This document shows, one piece after another, positions 39,110-52,711 of a stretch of 64,000 nt of DNA; within the stretch, counting starts at the first letter, position 1; every line of letters begins with the position of its first letter. Position numbers and translations under genes: made by a program. The notes beneath the pieces are model-generated. The model saw only the letters and a program-made list of their open reading frames with translations. It was not told the origin of the DNA and did no database searches. The stretch is from Balanoglossus misakiensis (taxonomy: Eukaryota; Animalia; Hemichordata): contig CM082584.2 in assembly GCA_040954595.2 (NCBI GenBank), positions 11,126,552 to 11,190,551 of the forward strand, written 5' to 3'.

Positions 39110-41670
39110 TTAAACACCAGACACGTCGGTTTGGGCACCAGATTCAGATTTTGGAACATCTCTTTTCTATGGAGAGAGAGAGAGAGAAAAAGTGTAAGAT
39201 TGGAGTGACCTGTTATATTTTGTGGGATTCGGTGTAGTTTATAACAGAATACAGAATCTGTGTTAAGAAAAAGTGACGAGATGGTGTCACATTTTCCGAC
39301 GAACATCCTGGACGAAGAGGGATGTCCAACTCAACCCACCTGCTTTTTCTTCTTCTCCTCCTTGGCGTTGTAGACGAACCATTCGCACAGTGCCAAGGGG
39401 ACACTGACTGCAATGCCGATCAGTAGTAAGATGAAGACGCCGCTAATGTTCGCCAGCGAGATGGCCGTCGCCCGGGGTCTCAGCGCAACTTCTGCGGCGA
39501 CGCTGTTGTCATGGATGTCACATGACCCCGTCCACCACTTCCGTTTCAGGAAATCCAAATGTCCGTCCTCTTGTAACATCAGCAGCGCCAGCGTCACTTC
39601 ATCCCGCAGCGCCGAGTTTTGCGGAAATGCGAATCCGAACGACCTCATGTTGATGGATCCGGGGACGAACGTCAGGTCGCAAGGGGGTTTGGCGGCAATG
39701 TGTTCCAGGGAGGGGCTTTCTCCAATGAAGGCGTACTTCCCCTCTGAGTTGCGGACGCGTTCTACTCCTTCTGTCAGGGAACCCACAAATACCGACGGGG
39801 TTTTCGCAGCCATGAAATTCCACATTCTCTTGTACATGTCTATTTCTGAATACTTGAAGAACATTGCCGTTGAGCCGTGACGGATAGCGCCGTAGCTGAC
39901 GTCACTCTGACGACTCAGCATGGCGACGCTCTCAATGGACGGTGTCGCCTTTACTCGGGTCAAGAAGGGCGACAAGTTCGACAGGTACGCGAAGAGGATG
40001 ACGAAGACGAAGAAAAACCAGAAGGCGGCGAGAAAGCGAACGGAGACGGATCGCGGCGACTTGTGATAACCTTGCAGAGTGAGCGTGCTGAGGGCGAACC
40101 AAAGCGAATTCCTGACGTTCAAGTGGTTTGCCTTGCGCCCCGATACTTTGCCCCGCTTGGCGGCGGCCCTCCACTCGTACGGACTGACTCTGTTCAGGAA
40201 GTAGATCACCATGGCGACAACGAAGAAAGCGAGGAGGAGACAGAGCCAAACGCCGATGGTAAACGGCTCGAAGATCGCGAATAGGTTGCTTTCCTTCGCA
40301 ACGGACGGCTTTTTCTGAATCACTGTGGTACTGGACGTCATAAATGGCTTAGAGAAATCTATCACAGTCTCACGAAGATACGAAATGGTCAGCGCGGCCG
40401 CAGCCATGTCTGCTTCCTGTCAATGAAAGTGCGAAAAAATGTTTATCAACAAATTTAAAGAAGAAATTCAATAATTCGAAATCAAAAAGTTAGTAACTTC
40501 AGTAAGTCGGATACCAAAATGATAATTGTTCTAATTACCCCATACATCACTTCTCCGACCATTCCAGTCCATGTGCCGTTTAAACCACGACTGCCGTACT
40601 TGCCATCGGCGACAAGGTTCAATGTGTAGTCGAATGACAACCGCTCTGCGATCGAACGCAGCACGTCCGGGATGTAGCCTTCGAATCTGTCATTGCCTTG
40701 TGCGCCTTCCCTTAACACAAGAAAAGGTTCCTCCTGTTTGTTTTTTAAGAAAGAAAGAAAATTAAAATAGTTTGAGTTTACCTGTCGGACCTACAGGGTG
40801 GTGTTTTGATGCAGGCGTGGACTCGGGTGCTTAGCTTAGAGCAAAACGGTAAATGTATGCGTATATCTTGATACGCTGTCTACTGTTACCTACCACGATT
40901 GTAGTGATTCTTATGTGTCTTCTGGTCGACGTTGATGTCGTTTCGTTAAACTCTTGGCTTGTCGAATTAGTTTCTTCGTTCGCCCGTCTATGAACGTGGG
41001 GACCGTTTTCTGGAAATCAAGACATGCAAATGAGATCGTTTCTGTACGTTGGATTGTTTTCGTATTTTGCACTGGTAGGAGTGTTACTTCAGACGTCGGG
41101 TCTGTCTTCAATCTGTTATTCTTCATCGTGATTAGTTTTATGTTATCGAGGAGAGAAATATATGATTTGTGTGGAAGTGTCAACGAAGTGGATAATACAC
41201 ACGAGTCTGTAATATATCATGTCTTTCTGTCATGTGGCATAAACTCAGCTCCAACATACGGCGTGATATTTCAACCCTGGCATTGATGAAATACCATAAA
41301 TAGTGACAGTGGCCAAAATGTGTGAACAACCGCCCGACCTGTTTTTGAACCGAAGTGGAGATGGGAGTCGAACCAAACGACCTAAATATTTTCCCTGTTC
41401 GAGATGCTTCTGGTAAACTCTCTCGCCAAAAAACGAAAACACTGAAGCGCAAAATCTCCCGAATATCCCACAGCATAGCATTTCAGAATAATAATTTATG
41501 CAAATGTGACAGCAGACACGCGAGTGAGTGTTATAAAAATCATAGACCCTAGAGGTCTATGTAAAAATAAACTCCCAACTATTACCTTTAGATTCGACGG
41601 CATGACCATACAGGGAAGGCATCAGATCTAGTGCCGTCACCATAACAACGAAAAACACGCAGACCCGCAT
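39110..41670 (-). CDS. Ionotropic glutamate receptor-like protein lacking the amino-terminal domain, copy B (509 aa)
   Basis: Exons 41670-41586 (signal peptide), 41009-40894, 40733-40539, 40416-39340, 39166-39110, with the same intron phases as copy A. GNDRFEGY, DGKYG, LTISYLRETVIDFSKPFM, NSLWF, HGST, KPPCDL, LKRKWW..C, C-terminus DVSGV*. Confidence 0.92.
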
Positions 41671-43362
41671 TGCTGCCGTCCACCGACCACTTTGCAAGAC
41701 AAAACAAAACCGCGAACGGATTGAAAAGTCCCGATAAACTGCGAAACGGGCGCCGTTGATGTAAGAAGCGCTACGCGATGACCGTGCTGCCTCTTAGGAT
41801 GCTTGGGTAGGACAGACCGCCAGTGGTATGCATTCAATGCTATCACATTACCATAAGATTCCAGAAATAAGTTGTGCCGTTCAAAATAACAAGACACGCG
41901 AATCTATTCCGGCGTTTCTCATACAGTAAGATGAAAAAACTGATATTAAATCAGAATTTGGAATTTCAGCCTGTCATGAAGTTAAAATTGCCTGGTATCA
42001 ACTTACGTTAAGTTTAATTTGCCTTCTTAGTGTGCATTTAATTCTTCGCACAAGAATTTCGGGTCACTTGGAAACGCAAATCGTGGTTTCGCGCTATGTA
42101 ACATATTTGGTTTGGAAGTATAAAAGTGTGGCGAGCGATTTTCTAAGCCACACGTGGGGCTTTGGTGAGTTGAATTGTGCGATGATTAGCGAGAAGATGA
42201 CCTAGCCAATATAAATTCTCATATCTGTAATACTGGTCGTATATTTCTGAAATTTATCGCCACGCTACAGCACCAGGTGCCTCGCCAGTGTCGAAAACTC
42301 TTAGGAACCGACATTGTACCCACGAAAAAACTAACCGCACAGTAGACAGACAACGAGGTTGCTATGCGCTGGCCAACAACAGTGTAAGAGTCACTTGAGA
42401 ATAAGCAATGAATTATCAGCGCAGTTAATTCACAGATCTGGTTTTGAATCGACGGCTTGACACAATAAGCGGCTTCAGGTGGGTTATGGCGTGTTTGATT
42501 AGGGCTTGGGGAGTCAAAAGGTGGGTCACCTTAGCAGGGTGACAATGCACGACCTCCGTTAACTACAATTTACTCAAGGCTCTGCATTGAAACTCCACTT
42601 CAAAGCGAATTCTGCTGTTTCTGTTTGGAACAAACAAATGGTGTTTCTTTACAACGGAGTCCTTAGCTCGGACAAAATAAACCCCCTCAAGGTGTTGGTT
42701 TCTGTGGAGAAAGTCCCCGATTGTCCAAAAACAGAGAGCTGTCGTATAGTTAAGCGGAATGAGAATGAATGTCCATGTACGCCCTTCTAAAATGCTTGAT
42801 TTACAAGGAAACCAACAAAAAAGTTATAATCGGGAAAAAAAATTAAAGTGGCGATTTCTTTTAACAGCAATACCGCGTGAGTATGCAATGGCATATCGGA
42901 GCCATCGCTTACCAAAAAATCTCTTTTTATCATTTTTACGTGCATTTTCCACGCAATGCCAATTTTTGTCATCCTAAGGAGTCCACTGTGTGATTCATGC
43001 TCGCTCTCACGTTGACGCGGCTGTTTTGTTCTTATACCTTCGCTCTCCAACGCAGCGACAAGACCACCCATACCACCTCTCACCGAACTGCGAAGCATGT
43101 CGGAGCGTTTTCTTTTTTGCGTTTTAGAGGAATAACTAGAGGACACACCGTCAACAGCTGGGAAGTTCGCCGACCTGTTTCTGTGATTGTTTTTTGCGTT
43201 CTTGGATTATTGTTCACTGTGGATGTCGAGTGCTCGACTCGGTTCTGTAGAGGTGTAGCCCAAACGTAAGATCGAAGAGTGTCATATTGATTTTGGTTCG
43301 ACCCTGCTTTCGTCTACCCGTCGTTACACAAACCTTGAAGTCGTTCATCGAGACGCACGGCC

Positions 43363-43989
43363 ATGGAGTCAAGAGACCATTCTGTAAGCGACCACCACCC
43401 ACCCGTCCGCCGCACTTCGGTGTCGACGCATTCCAGCGGGGATGTGCAAGGGACCGGTGACGGCCTAGCCACCAGCGGGCCCAGTCGGCGGATTTCGCGA
43501 TTTCAGCGCCGGCAATCGTCTGTGATGGCCCCGGGCATGGGTCCCCGCTACTCTCTCGTGCCGGGCTCCTTCCGATCGCACGCCGCGGCTCTGGCGATGC
43601 TCCGGGAGAGACACGCGCAGAAAGATCAAAAGAAAGCCAACACGTACAAGGTGGATCCCGACAGCGACCAGAGGTTCCAGGCGCATAAGGTACAACAGGT
43701 GATCAAGGAAGTGTTGGACCGTCACTGCGACGACGAGCGCTACGAAGCATCTTCTGCCGGCATGTTGACCCGAACCCTGACGGATATCATCAAATCGCGA
43801 GTGAAGGACCTGAACTACAACAGGCACAAGATAATCGTGCATGTCGTGCTAGGATCTACAAACGCCCAGGGTTTTGAGATGGCCAGCAGGTGTTTATGGA
43901 ACACAGAACACGACACCTTCGCGTCGGCCATCTACCAGAACAGTTCACTTTTCGCAGTAGCCACAGTGTATGGATGTTACTTTGAGTGA
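43363..43989 (+). CDS. Tctex1-domain dynein light chain (TCTEX1D1/DYNLT5-like), copy 1
   Basis: Low-complexity N-terminus, then NTYKVDP..RF...V..VIKEVL...IKSRVKDLNYNRHKII...SRCLWNTEHDTFASAIYQNSSLFAVATVYGCYFE*, the canonical Tctex-1 domain. Confidence 0.92.
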   Translation: MESRDHSVSDHHPPVRRTSVSTHSSGDVQGTGDGLATSGPSRRISRFQRRQSSVMAPGMGPRYSLVPGSFRSHAAALAMLRERHAQKDQKKANTYKVDPDSDQRFQAHKVQQVIKEVLDRHCDDERYEASSAGMLTRTLTDIIKSRVKDLNYNRHKIIVHVVLGSTNAQGFEMASRCLWNTEHDTFASAIYQNSSLFAVATVYGCYFE

Positions 43990-44312
43990 CACTATACAAA
44001 CGGTTCGTCCACTCGGGTCTCTTCACTGTTTACTCAATCCCTTCACTTTCACTACTTGAATCAGGGATTAAACACCATCGAATTGCAGAGAAGTCTGTCA
44101 AAAACCGTTCCAAGAGAACTCCTCGTCCGTCCTGAGACCACTTCTGAACAGATACACTAACTTTTCTCGATAAAACTGTAGCTTTGTTCGTATTTTATTT
44201 ATCACGTGGTATTTAGTGCTCAATGAAGAAATTATTTGATGCCTGGTTTTGGGACCACAGACAAGATCCAATTATATTAGAACATTTGTTTAAGATGTAA
44301 GACTTAAACTGT

Positions 44313-47300
44313 GTTGCTATGGATACCATAGCGACAATATATGCTTACACAAATCACTACATTTTAGACTGGTAAAATTTATGGGGACTTTTATATTTAA
44401 ATGTTAAACTCAATCTTTATTTCGTGTGATTAAAACATTTATAAGCTATGGAATCCTTTGAAACGCCATTATTCATAGGAACTTGTCGCACTCCGCAAAA
44501 TAATTGGCAAAGACTGTTTTGTGTACTGGTATTTCAGATGGAGTGAAAGGTGCCTGTTCTTATCATTCAAGTACGTGCTAAATGTCCATCTCCATTCTTT
44601 TGCTGTCAGCTGCCCGAGATCGTTGGCACAATCGGGCATTGTGCGACTCGGCAAGAATGCCGAGTGTCGGCCGGCCAACGCTACGGCAACAAAACATCGT
44701 GTCACGCTGGCGACAGGCCGCTTCCATGTACGCAGACCAGAGCTACGGAACTGCCCGCTGCGAGGACCACGGGCACACGAGTACGTTCATGGGGTTTAAT
44801 AAAATAAAAGGGATGTGGACCTGACCTCCGGGAGGTTAGGCCTAGCGCCTAAAATGTCATTTATGGGCGACAGTTTTGTAGACAGTACTTTAAAATGTTA
44901 CCTTCGGGTGACGTGGTCACTGAATAGTGTGGCGTTGATCGGTTGCTACGGCAACGGCGCCGTGTCAAGGCAATGTTCCAAGAGACAGGCAAAGCATCTT
45001 ACAAATAAAGGTATTGAAACATAATTACTAGATATTTATAGCCCCATTTTGGGTTGAACCAACAACTGAACACTTAAGTGCGGATAGATTGACGTGCGTG
45101 TGTTTATAAATCATTGTGCTCCCCTTCTACCGTTTTTTGTATTATAAATTCCTGAACCAGTTTCTGAATTCGTTGGTGATAATTTCCGTCGCAAACGGCG
45201 AGACAAATATGTCAAGTAAATATCAGGTTGCGATAAATTTTATTGGGTTAACTGTCTTGAGTGGGGAAAATAACGCGGCCTGCCAGGTAACTGATTGGCA
45301 GGCAAAACTTTGAGCAATATTATCGGGCAAGAATAATGTTCGTTCTCAAATATTTTGACGAGCACAGTCACATTTTACATGTATCTAGATCAAGTAGAAC
45401 TAGTCCATGTCTTAACGCACGTAAATGCGAGGAGAGTGGCTGAACTATAATTTGAAATGACTTTACAGTAAACGATAGGAGAATCAAATTCTTGTAAAAT
45501 TCGTGCGGCAAGGCGTTGGTCGACAGAGCGTACTAGTAAGCTTATCAGAGACTTGACGTGGTATAAACTTTAATGATGGGCGGCTTATACGTGCACCTGA
45601 GTAGGCACATTGTTGGCAACGGTATCAGACAGCGGTGTTGTTCATGTTAGACGGTAACGTGACTGAGACTGTGAACAGTTATGGTGTCTGTACGACTTTT
45701 ACTCGGTGCAGTTTGTGGACTGTGGGATCTGAAGAATACCAGACGGTGGTATCGAGGAGCTGGTGTTACTTTTGTGTGTTTTTACTGTGTACTAACTCCA
45801 TATAGCTATTAAAATACCAAGCATTCTTCTGGTCGAGCAAGCCTGTATGTGTGTAACAACAATTGTTATTATTGACAAAAAGTTAGGCCTTGAGTTCGAC
45901 TTTCAACAGTAACGATGCTGAATAAACACAGGCTGTGTTGATAAGTGAAACACTTGACATTTACCATGTTCTATTGTAGCTTCAGACAGAAACCTGAAGT
46001 TGATACACAGAGCGAAAAATACCTGGGAAAGTAGGCAACAGATGTAGGTGATGGAGCTTTAAAACCTTTACCGAGTAACCTATAGCAACCGCGTTGCGGA
46101 TGGTGTAACAAGCAAACATCCATCACCGGTATGCAGTATCATCACCCTTGACTGTGGCAGTGGTTGTATGCCGACGCAGAAGTGGCACTTGTAATCGATC
46201 GCACGGACACGCGTGGTCTGCATTATCACATTAACAACACGACATGGCCTGTTAGGGATACAAGTGGTTACAATTAACGGCAGAGTCCAACACTGCATGG
46301 CTAATGCAGAGTGCCCCATCGCAGTGGCAACACAACGGAACACGCGGCTCTAAAATGTGTGAGGTTAATCCGTTTATACCGCACATAAACTTTACAGAGC
46401 GATTGTTCCAAAATAAACGCCGCTCTGGGGTGACCAAGGTGATCAATAAATGTGAAGTCAACAATGCGACTTGAGAAGACATGATTATCTGCGATATTGT
46501 GGGGGATGTGGTCGGTAAAACGCCTCCGTGACGTTACTAGTCTGTTTCAGTAGAAGCGCGATTGAAAATCGGTGATAAATGTCACGCGGCGTCACCCAGG
46601 TCAGCCACTGCAGTGTCTTTATTAATATTATACGCCCAACTTAAGCATTTGAAAAAAATGACCGGTCCGTTTGCGTCACGTTGCTGGGGACATTGCAATG
46701 CCAGTGACGTCATGAGCGACGCTTCTTCTTTGTAACTCGGTCACCTTCCGTTATATCGACATAAACAAGGAATCGGTCGTTTTGCCAACACGAACCAGTG
46801 ACTATCCCACGCTGCAAGACCCGACCCACTTCGTTGTCCGCTAGTGCGTTCACTTGACTTGTTAATCATTCCGGAGCTGCCCGGCCTGTGCTCTTCAATG
46901 TAAATGCGTGTGCCTCACATAGGTACTTTGACACCATCATTATCAGAGCAGATGTGTTGAGTGGCACTTGCGATCCATTGCCTATCACTGAAATTATTTA
47001 AACTAATATATCTCATGGCTATGTATCTTGAAAGTTTCCATGGTTGCCATCATTTTTTTTTAAATAATTACATTTGACTATCTCATTATACTATTTGTGT
47101 AAGCAAAATGCCAACATATTTTTCTACAGAAAATTTGTGTCACAAGCATCATTTCAAAATGTTTCCACGTCAACCTCTCTCACTGTCAGACATTGTTTCA
47201 TTGACCTCTGACATGCGTGCGTGCGCACCATTACTTCACCAACTTTTAAATCACATTCATCGTTAATGGAAGTATTGTAAAGTCTATTAACACATGTATT

Positions 47301-47393
47301 GTGTAACACACGGCGTTGGAATGGGAACAACGATGCCGTGATAATGAAACACTCGGCAGTATTCAAAATCGACCGGAAGGTTTCCACGGCAAC
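44313..47393. promoter_or_regulatory. Cluster of RFX X-box motifs
   Basis: gttgctatggatac 44313-44326, gttgctacggcaac 44942-44955, gtaacctatagcaac 46075-46089, gtttccacggcaac 47380-47393, all close to the GTNRCC/Y-N(0-3)-RGYAAC consensus. Confidence 0.55.
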
Positions 47394-48335
47394 AGAGATT
47401 TGACGCACCTTGTCGCATTGTGCCAACTCCGCGCAAATATTGCGATTTGTGGAAACTTTCGTAATACTCAGAGTCTAGCAAAAGAATGACAGGGCACGTG
47501 TGATCGATATATTCAATCAATTCAATATGTGCGCTGAACGATATGCACTATAACATAATGGCCTCGCACGGATACTTGCTCCCAAGTTTTACGGCAAGCA
47601 CATGCGTGTATGTGGTCGCTCAGGATAATACTTATAGTGAGCCTTCGTATTGTGGGCAAAAGTTGCGATAGACTCTGACGCGCCCTCAACCGTTTGGCAA
47701 AGGAGAAACACCATTTGGTATTGTGTAGCTCAGACCACATAAGCCTGCACGGACGGCGAGAGGGGCTGTAAGAGAGTCTAAGTTCATGCTTTTGGATGTG
47801 AAAGTGGAACACATACATTCTGGGTAGTGTTTGTTTACAGATCACATTTCACGACAGTTAAATTTTAGCGCTTAAGTGGCTATCCGTATAGTGGGTCATA
47901 ACAGGTTTTGTTTTCATTCAAAATTCGTTAATTGCCATCGATTTTATAATGTTCGCGATTACCACTGAAGTTAACAGTGTTTTCAGATAACACTGAACGC
48001 ATCATAAAATTTTGTATTGACTCGAAAGTTCACTGACCGATATTGGTATGAACTTCGAATTCATTTAAGCCTTTTCAATGGAAACATTAAATATCACAAA
48101 ATAAATCAAAGTTTCAAGAATTATCGCTATATCCCTATATCAGGCTAATAAACGAGCTCTCTCATTGGTCAATATTACTTCCGGGCTAGTCTAATCTGTC
48201 GTCTTTGTAAACAATCATTTTCACCCTTCCCAAACATACATTTAAAAAATAACAGTTTTTGATGGAATTAAGCTAAAATCGATACAACTACTGACGAAAA
48301 TGTACGTAAATTGTACAGCAGACATGCGTATTAAC

Positions 48336-48490
48336 CCACTTCCGGAAAACAAGCAAATTACAAAATGGCGGATGGCCTTTATCTGCGCTGCTTCTACATG
48401 TATCTATATTCGTGACGCGTCCTGCCTGAGGTGAGTACGACACGTTTCAATTCGCGAGAGCTTGAGTCATTCGCGCGAGATCCCGCGAAG
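48336..48490 (+). promoter_or_regulatory. CpG-rich promoter with short first exon
   Basis: ETS site cacttccgg, YY1 site caaaatggcgg, strong donor gag|gtgagt at 48431 and tcgcgaga motifs; possibly the 5' UTR exon of the downstream Tctex1-domain gene. Confidence 0.5.
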
Positions 48491-49897
48491 TCTGGAAAGG
48501 TAGAGAATGGTTTAATTCATGAAACTTTCTAATATTAAACTTTCACGTAGTCATGCAACCATGGTGACGAAATCGCCTTCGGATTCTGATAGGCCTATAT
48601 CTGTTTGACGTTGTTACAATGTATAGCAGACTACAAGCCGAAATTTTAAGTCCACCGTTTATGCTAGGCTCAAAGCGTGCTTGCGTTGTAAACTACAATG
48701 AGCTTGCAGCATCATTTCATCGACACGATCAACTGCACTTTTATTTGGTGTGCAAACTATCTCAGCTGAGGCAACGTGTACAGGGATTGATTTATCCAAT
48801 TAGGCTACATCCCGCTGCCGGCTTCGGCTTGTACGTGACTGTGTAGGCACGATTCGTCTAGAGGAGAACACAGTACTTGGGGTGAAAATTTTATCTGTTT
48901 AAAAACATCAATATGTTTACTTTTTTCAGTCCGTGAGTGATGTTTTTTAGATATTGGCTGTATTGTGTAGTATTAAGCTGGTTTTCAAGTCCTACCAATA
49001 ACATTTGGCTTATTCTTTGGACAAACCACACGCGTATGATAACGCCATTAACGGCAACTTTTCATTAACACTTACACAATTTGAATTGCGTGAAAGTTAC
49101 TCGTTTCAATTTTAGTTTGTTAACTTTTATGACACCGGAAATGGCAGTCGTTGACCGAGGATTTAAAAAAAATCGATAATGGTTCAATTTTTCAACCACG
49201 GTCATTTGGGCAGTGTGCCAGTGCTGCATGTATACATTGGCCTGACAACAGTCGCGGTAAACAGTTTTCTTGAAGGAACACCAGCACTCTCTGTTGGGGG
49301 TTTTTCGTCGCATAATCCCTGCTGGTAGACAAGCGACCAAAACTGCGAAAAAGAAACCTTTGTATCGAAGGTCTGCGCTCCTGGAGTTGTGAAAGGAACC
49401 GCCCAGACGACCCAAGGCGCTGGATTATTTCGGATTGGCATTCAAGAAAATTTCGACGCGGATACCATTTGTTTCGATGGACTAATCCGAGAATATATAA
49501 AGATATTCCCCCCTCCAGTGTTGTCGAGTGAGAGGAAGTAGCCGGCAGGAAGCAGACGCCCGCGTGTAGTTGGTAGAAAAAGTATTAGCGTGTGCTCTTG
49601 AAAATAAAGACTACCTGCAAGGACATTAATTTAATTGCGTCACCAGGGGAACGACTTTGTTGCACAGGAAACCGTCCACGGCGATATGGCAGTAGTGTCA
49701 AGCTGGCTGTTGACAAACTAGAGCTTCAGGGGTGATTCCTATGCTCTACACGAAGTACAATTAGGATACGAGAACAAGGGGATTTTAGTCGCTTACAGTG
49801 TCGGTTGGGGTTCTTGTAGAGGTCCCCCGTGTCTTTCATTCAGCGTGCGTCTGTTACTCCAAACTTCAGCCGTGTGCCCAGTTACACAGAAGCCAAC

Positions 49898-50611
49898 ATG
49901 ATGGTGATGGCGCGTCCAAGAATTGAGAAGTCCGCGACTCTCCAAGAGCGCGGGACCTCTCCGACAAAGTCATACCTACCCAAACGGAAAGCTATTAACC
50001 CAAACATGATGGTACAGATCCCCAAGCCACGACGAGGATCGTCCAGCGCCAGCAACGAATCGCTGCACAGCAACAGTGCCCAGCTTCCGCGGATCACCTT
50101 AGCGCCCTTCGCCAGGAAACTTTCGGGACTCTCGGTCGGGTCGACAAACAGCGCAGGCTCCGTGCCGAGTTCGGCCGCCCGCAAGCTCGTTCGCGAGGGT
50201 TCCAGAGCAGCGGTCGTCCTCAAAGCGAAACGAACCCCGCCGAGTAAGAAGTACTACGAGAACACTTACAAAGTCGGCCCGGACGACGGCGAGGTGTTCA
50301 ACCCCACTAAAGTACGCAGAGAACTGGAGATCACGCTTGAACATTACCTACACGACAAGGCATACGACCTGCAAATGTCCAAGGTAATGTCAGCGAAAAT
50401 CAGCGAAGTCGTCCGACACAAGGTGAAAATGATGGAGTTCAAACGCTACAAAATAGTTGTGAATGTAGTCATTGGCGAACTGAAAAATCAAGGACTTAAA
50501 CTGGTCAGCCGTTGTGTGTGGAATCCTTCAACAGACAACTTTGCAAGTGCCGCCTACAGAAACTCGTCTTTATTCGCCATCGCCTCCGTTTTTGCTGTGT
50601 ATTTTGAATGA
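49898..50611 (+). CDS. Tctex1-domain dynein light chain (TCTEX1D1/DYNLT5-like), copy 2
   Basis: Acceptor at 49819, first ATG at 49898; ENTYKVGP...F.P.KV...VRHKVKMMEFKRYKIVV...SRCVWNPSTDNFASAAYRNSSLFAIASVFAVYFE*. Confidence 0.92.
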   Translation: MMVMARPRIEKSATLQERGTSPTKSYLPKRKAINPNMMVQIPKPRRGSSSASNESLHSNSAQLPRITLAPFARKLSGLSVGSTNSAGSVPSSAARKLVREGSRAAVVLKAKRTPPSKKYYENTYKVGPDDGEVFNPTKVRRELEITLEHYLHDKAYDLQMSKVMSAKISEVVRHKVKMMEFKRYKIVVNVVIGELKNQGLKLVSRCVWNPSTDNFASAAYRNSSLFAIASVFAVYFE

Positions 50612-52675
50612 TTAGTTTTCCTTGAGGGAGAAACTGCTTTTTCTGCATCTTGATTTTACCTAATATCAAATAATCCGTTTTGTGTTTTCACCAGAGGAAG
50701 ATGTTTTATAACTTCTGTGGTGTCGAAATCGAATGTAAAACATATGACAGCCTCTCGGAATCGACCGCGCTGCAAAGTTGTCGTCAAGGTGATGACCTGG
50801 ATAAAAAGGTCACAATCTCTTAATAGACATGCGCAAACTAGTTTTATGACAAATTCAAGTCTCGCTACTTTTTTGCCTGATCAACGTGGTCTTTATATGC
50901 GATCAGATGAATGTACTTGCTTAGTAAAGATAAGTTGTGTAAGTTTACTCGGCGAGTTCAGAAAATGGTCTATTGATTCTAACATGACATTTGTACACCA
51001 TGGAAGATTGGCAACGGCATCGACATCGACTTTCCGACTTCGATGTTCTGCATGTGGTCGTCAAAAGATGCTTTTATATGATACAGATGCGTGTTTGTCA
51101 GTATTCTGAGATCCCCCATCATCATTTTTCTCTCCCCCTAGACATTTGGACACATTTTCAACAAATTGACATAAGAGCACGCAGCGCCAGAGAGTCAATA
51201 ATAGGACTGGCCTATACTACAATTTTGATGCATCTGCTGTGTCTGAAGCACACACTTTATTACAATTCGCTGTTATATTGCTACTATGCCAGCAGCATAT
51301 TTTCCCAATTACTCAGCCCCCCCCCCCCCGTAACAACTGAAGGCTCCCTTATAGACCTTACAGTGCTAAATCACGCCTTTTCAAGGACGGTTACAACAGC
51401 AGAAGTCACTAGACACCAAGGCAAACATTGTACAAGGGCAGAAATGTACACGAGGAATACACACATCGCCAATTTAGAAATGCTGGAAAAGCACTCCTTT
51501 CAATAAATCACGTACGAAGGACGATTGTCCCATTTTCGTCTTTGTGTTTTATTTCGTCTTGAGGGTTTGTTGAGCCAAGGCATGCGGGATCTTTTGAAGG
51601 AACGTAGCTGTTGATAATTCGTGAGTTTTTCATGGGTCTTTGATCTGGTCTAAGTATCCTTTTATATCAGAAAGGCGCGAGCACTCGTGGATGTCAAATT
51701 GACTCGGAGGCGATATATATATATAAGCATCTATAACATTTAATGAGAACGACCTTTTAGAATGCTTTTCTAGTCGCGATCGTAATGCACGCAAAAATGA
51801 CGAGTTGGTCGCTCGGGAGAAAACGGTGAAAAAGAACTTTTAAACGTCGCTCGCAAAGCATCATGGTTCTGGGGAGTCAAAACGTCAACACATAGTACAG
51901 CCTGCATTGACATAAAAAACGAGCTGAATCTGCCTCTTTTTCCAGTATTCCACCGTCCGCTATACATTGCCTTCTTTCTTACATGTCTCTGTGCTCAGAA
52001 TTAGTTTTGTGATTTACACTCCAAGGCGTGTCAGTTTACGGATCGACCGACTCCCCTGTACAATGCATCCAGATATCCAGCGCAGCGGAAACTCATTTAA
52101 TACCTCGGTCGCCCTAGGGACATTCTAGCAAACGTGAAGTCGACTTCGCAAAGACGATGTTGTCCTTCGTTTTTCATCTCTGATGAATCAGTGTATAGTG
52201 TATGGAACAATTAGCAAGCGGTGTCAGTGTGCCTGCCAGCCAAACTATCAGTACTCTAAAATATCATTTCCTGGACTTCATCAACTTCCGACAACTAGAG
52301 TCACAATGCATCGTTTGAAGGCCACATCTTCACAGCATGCGGATCTTTTTCTCCACGAGCACATGCATGTAATTACGCGAAAAGGGATCACAGGAGCGGT
52401 CATTGTCATGTTGGGCGCGTTTAAGTGTTGCCGACTGGCTTCCTGGTGAACGTTGACGATGGAAATTACCAGAAAAACACTCCCATTGAAGAGCTACCCC
52501 CTGAAATACATAACAAATCTCATCTTTAGACTAGACCAAAGTAAGAGAATGCGGGTGAAATTGCGAGTTATTTCTATTCATTTGTATGTATATTATAAAA
52601 CGGTAACCATGGACACAGGGTCCACTGTAATGCTCTCTTGCTAATAGTCTTACGTCATTTCTCATCCCCCCATCA

Positions 52676-52711
52676 GTCAATCTGACTGACTGACTGACTG
52701 ACTGATTGACT
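52676..52711. repeat. (TGAC)n tetranucleotide microsatellite
   Basis: Short imperfect ctgactgactga run. Confidence 0.8.

Noticed and set aside
42787-43146. 119-aa minus-strand ORF upstream of Tctex1 copy 1
   Set aside because: No domain similarity or convincing splice structure; does not supply an ATD to iGluR copy B.
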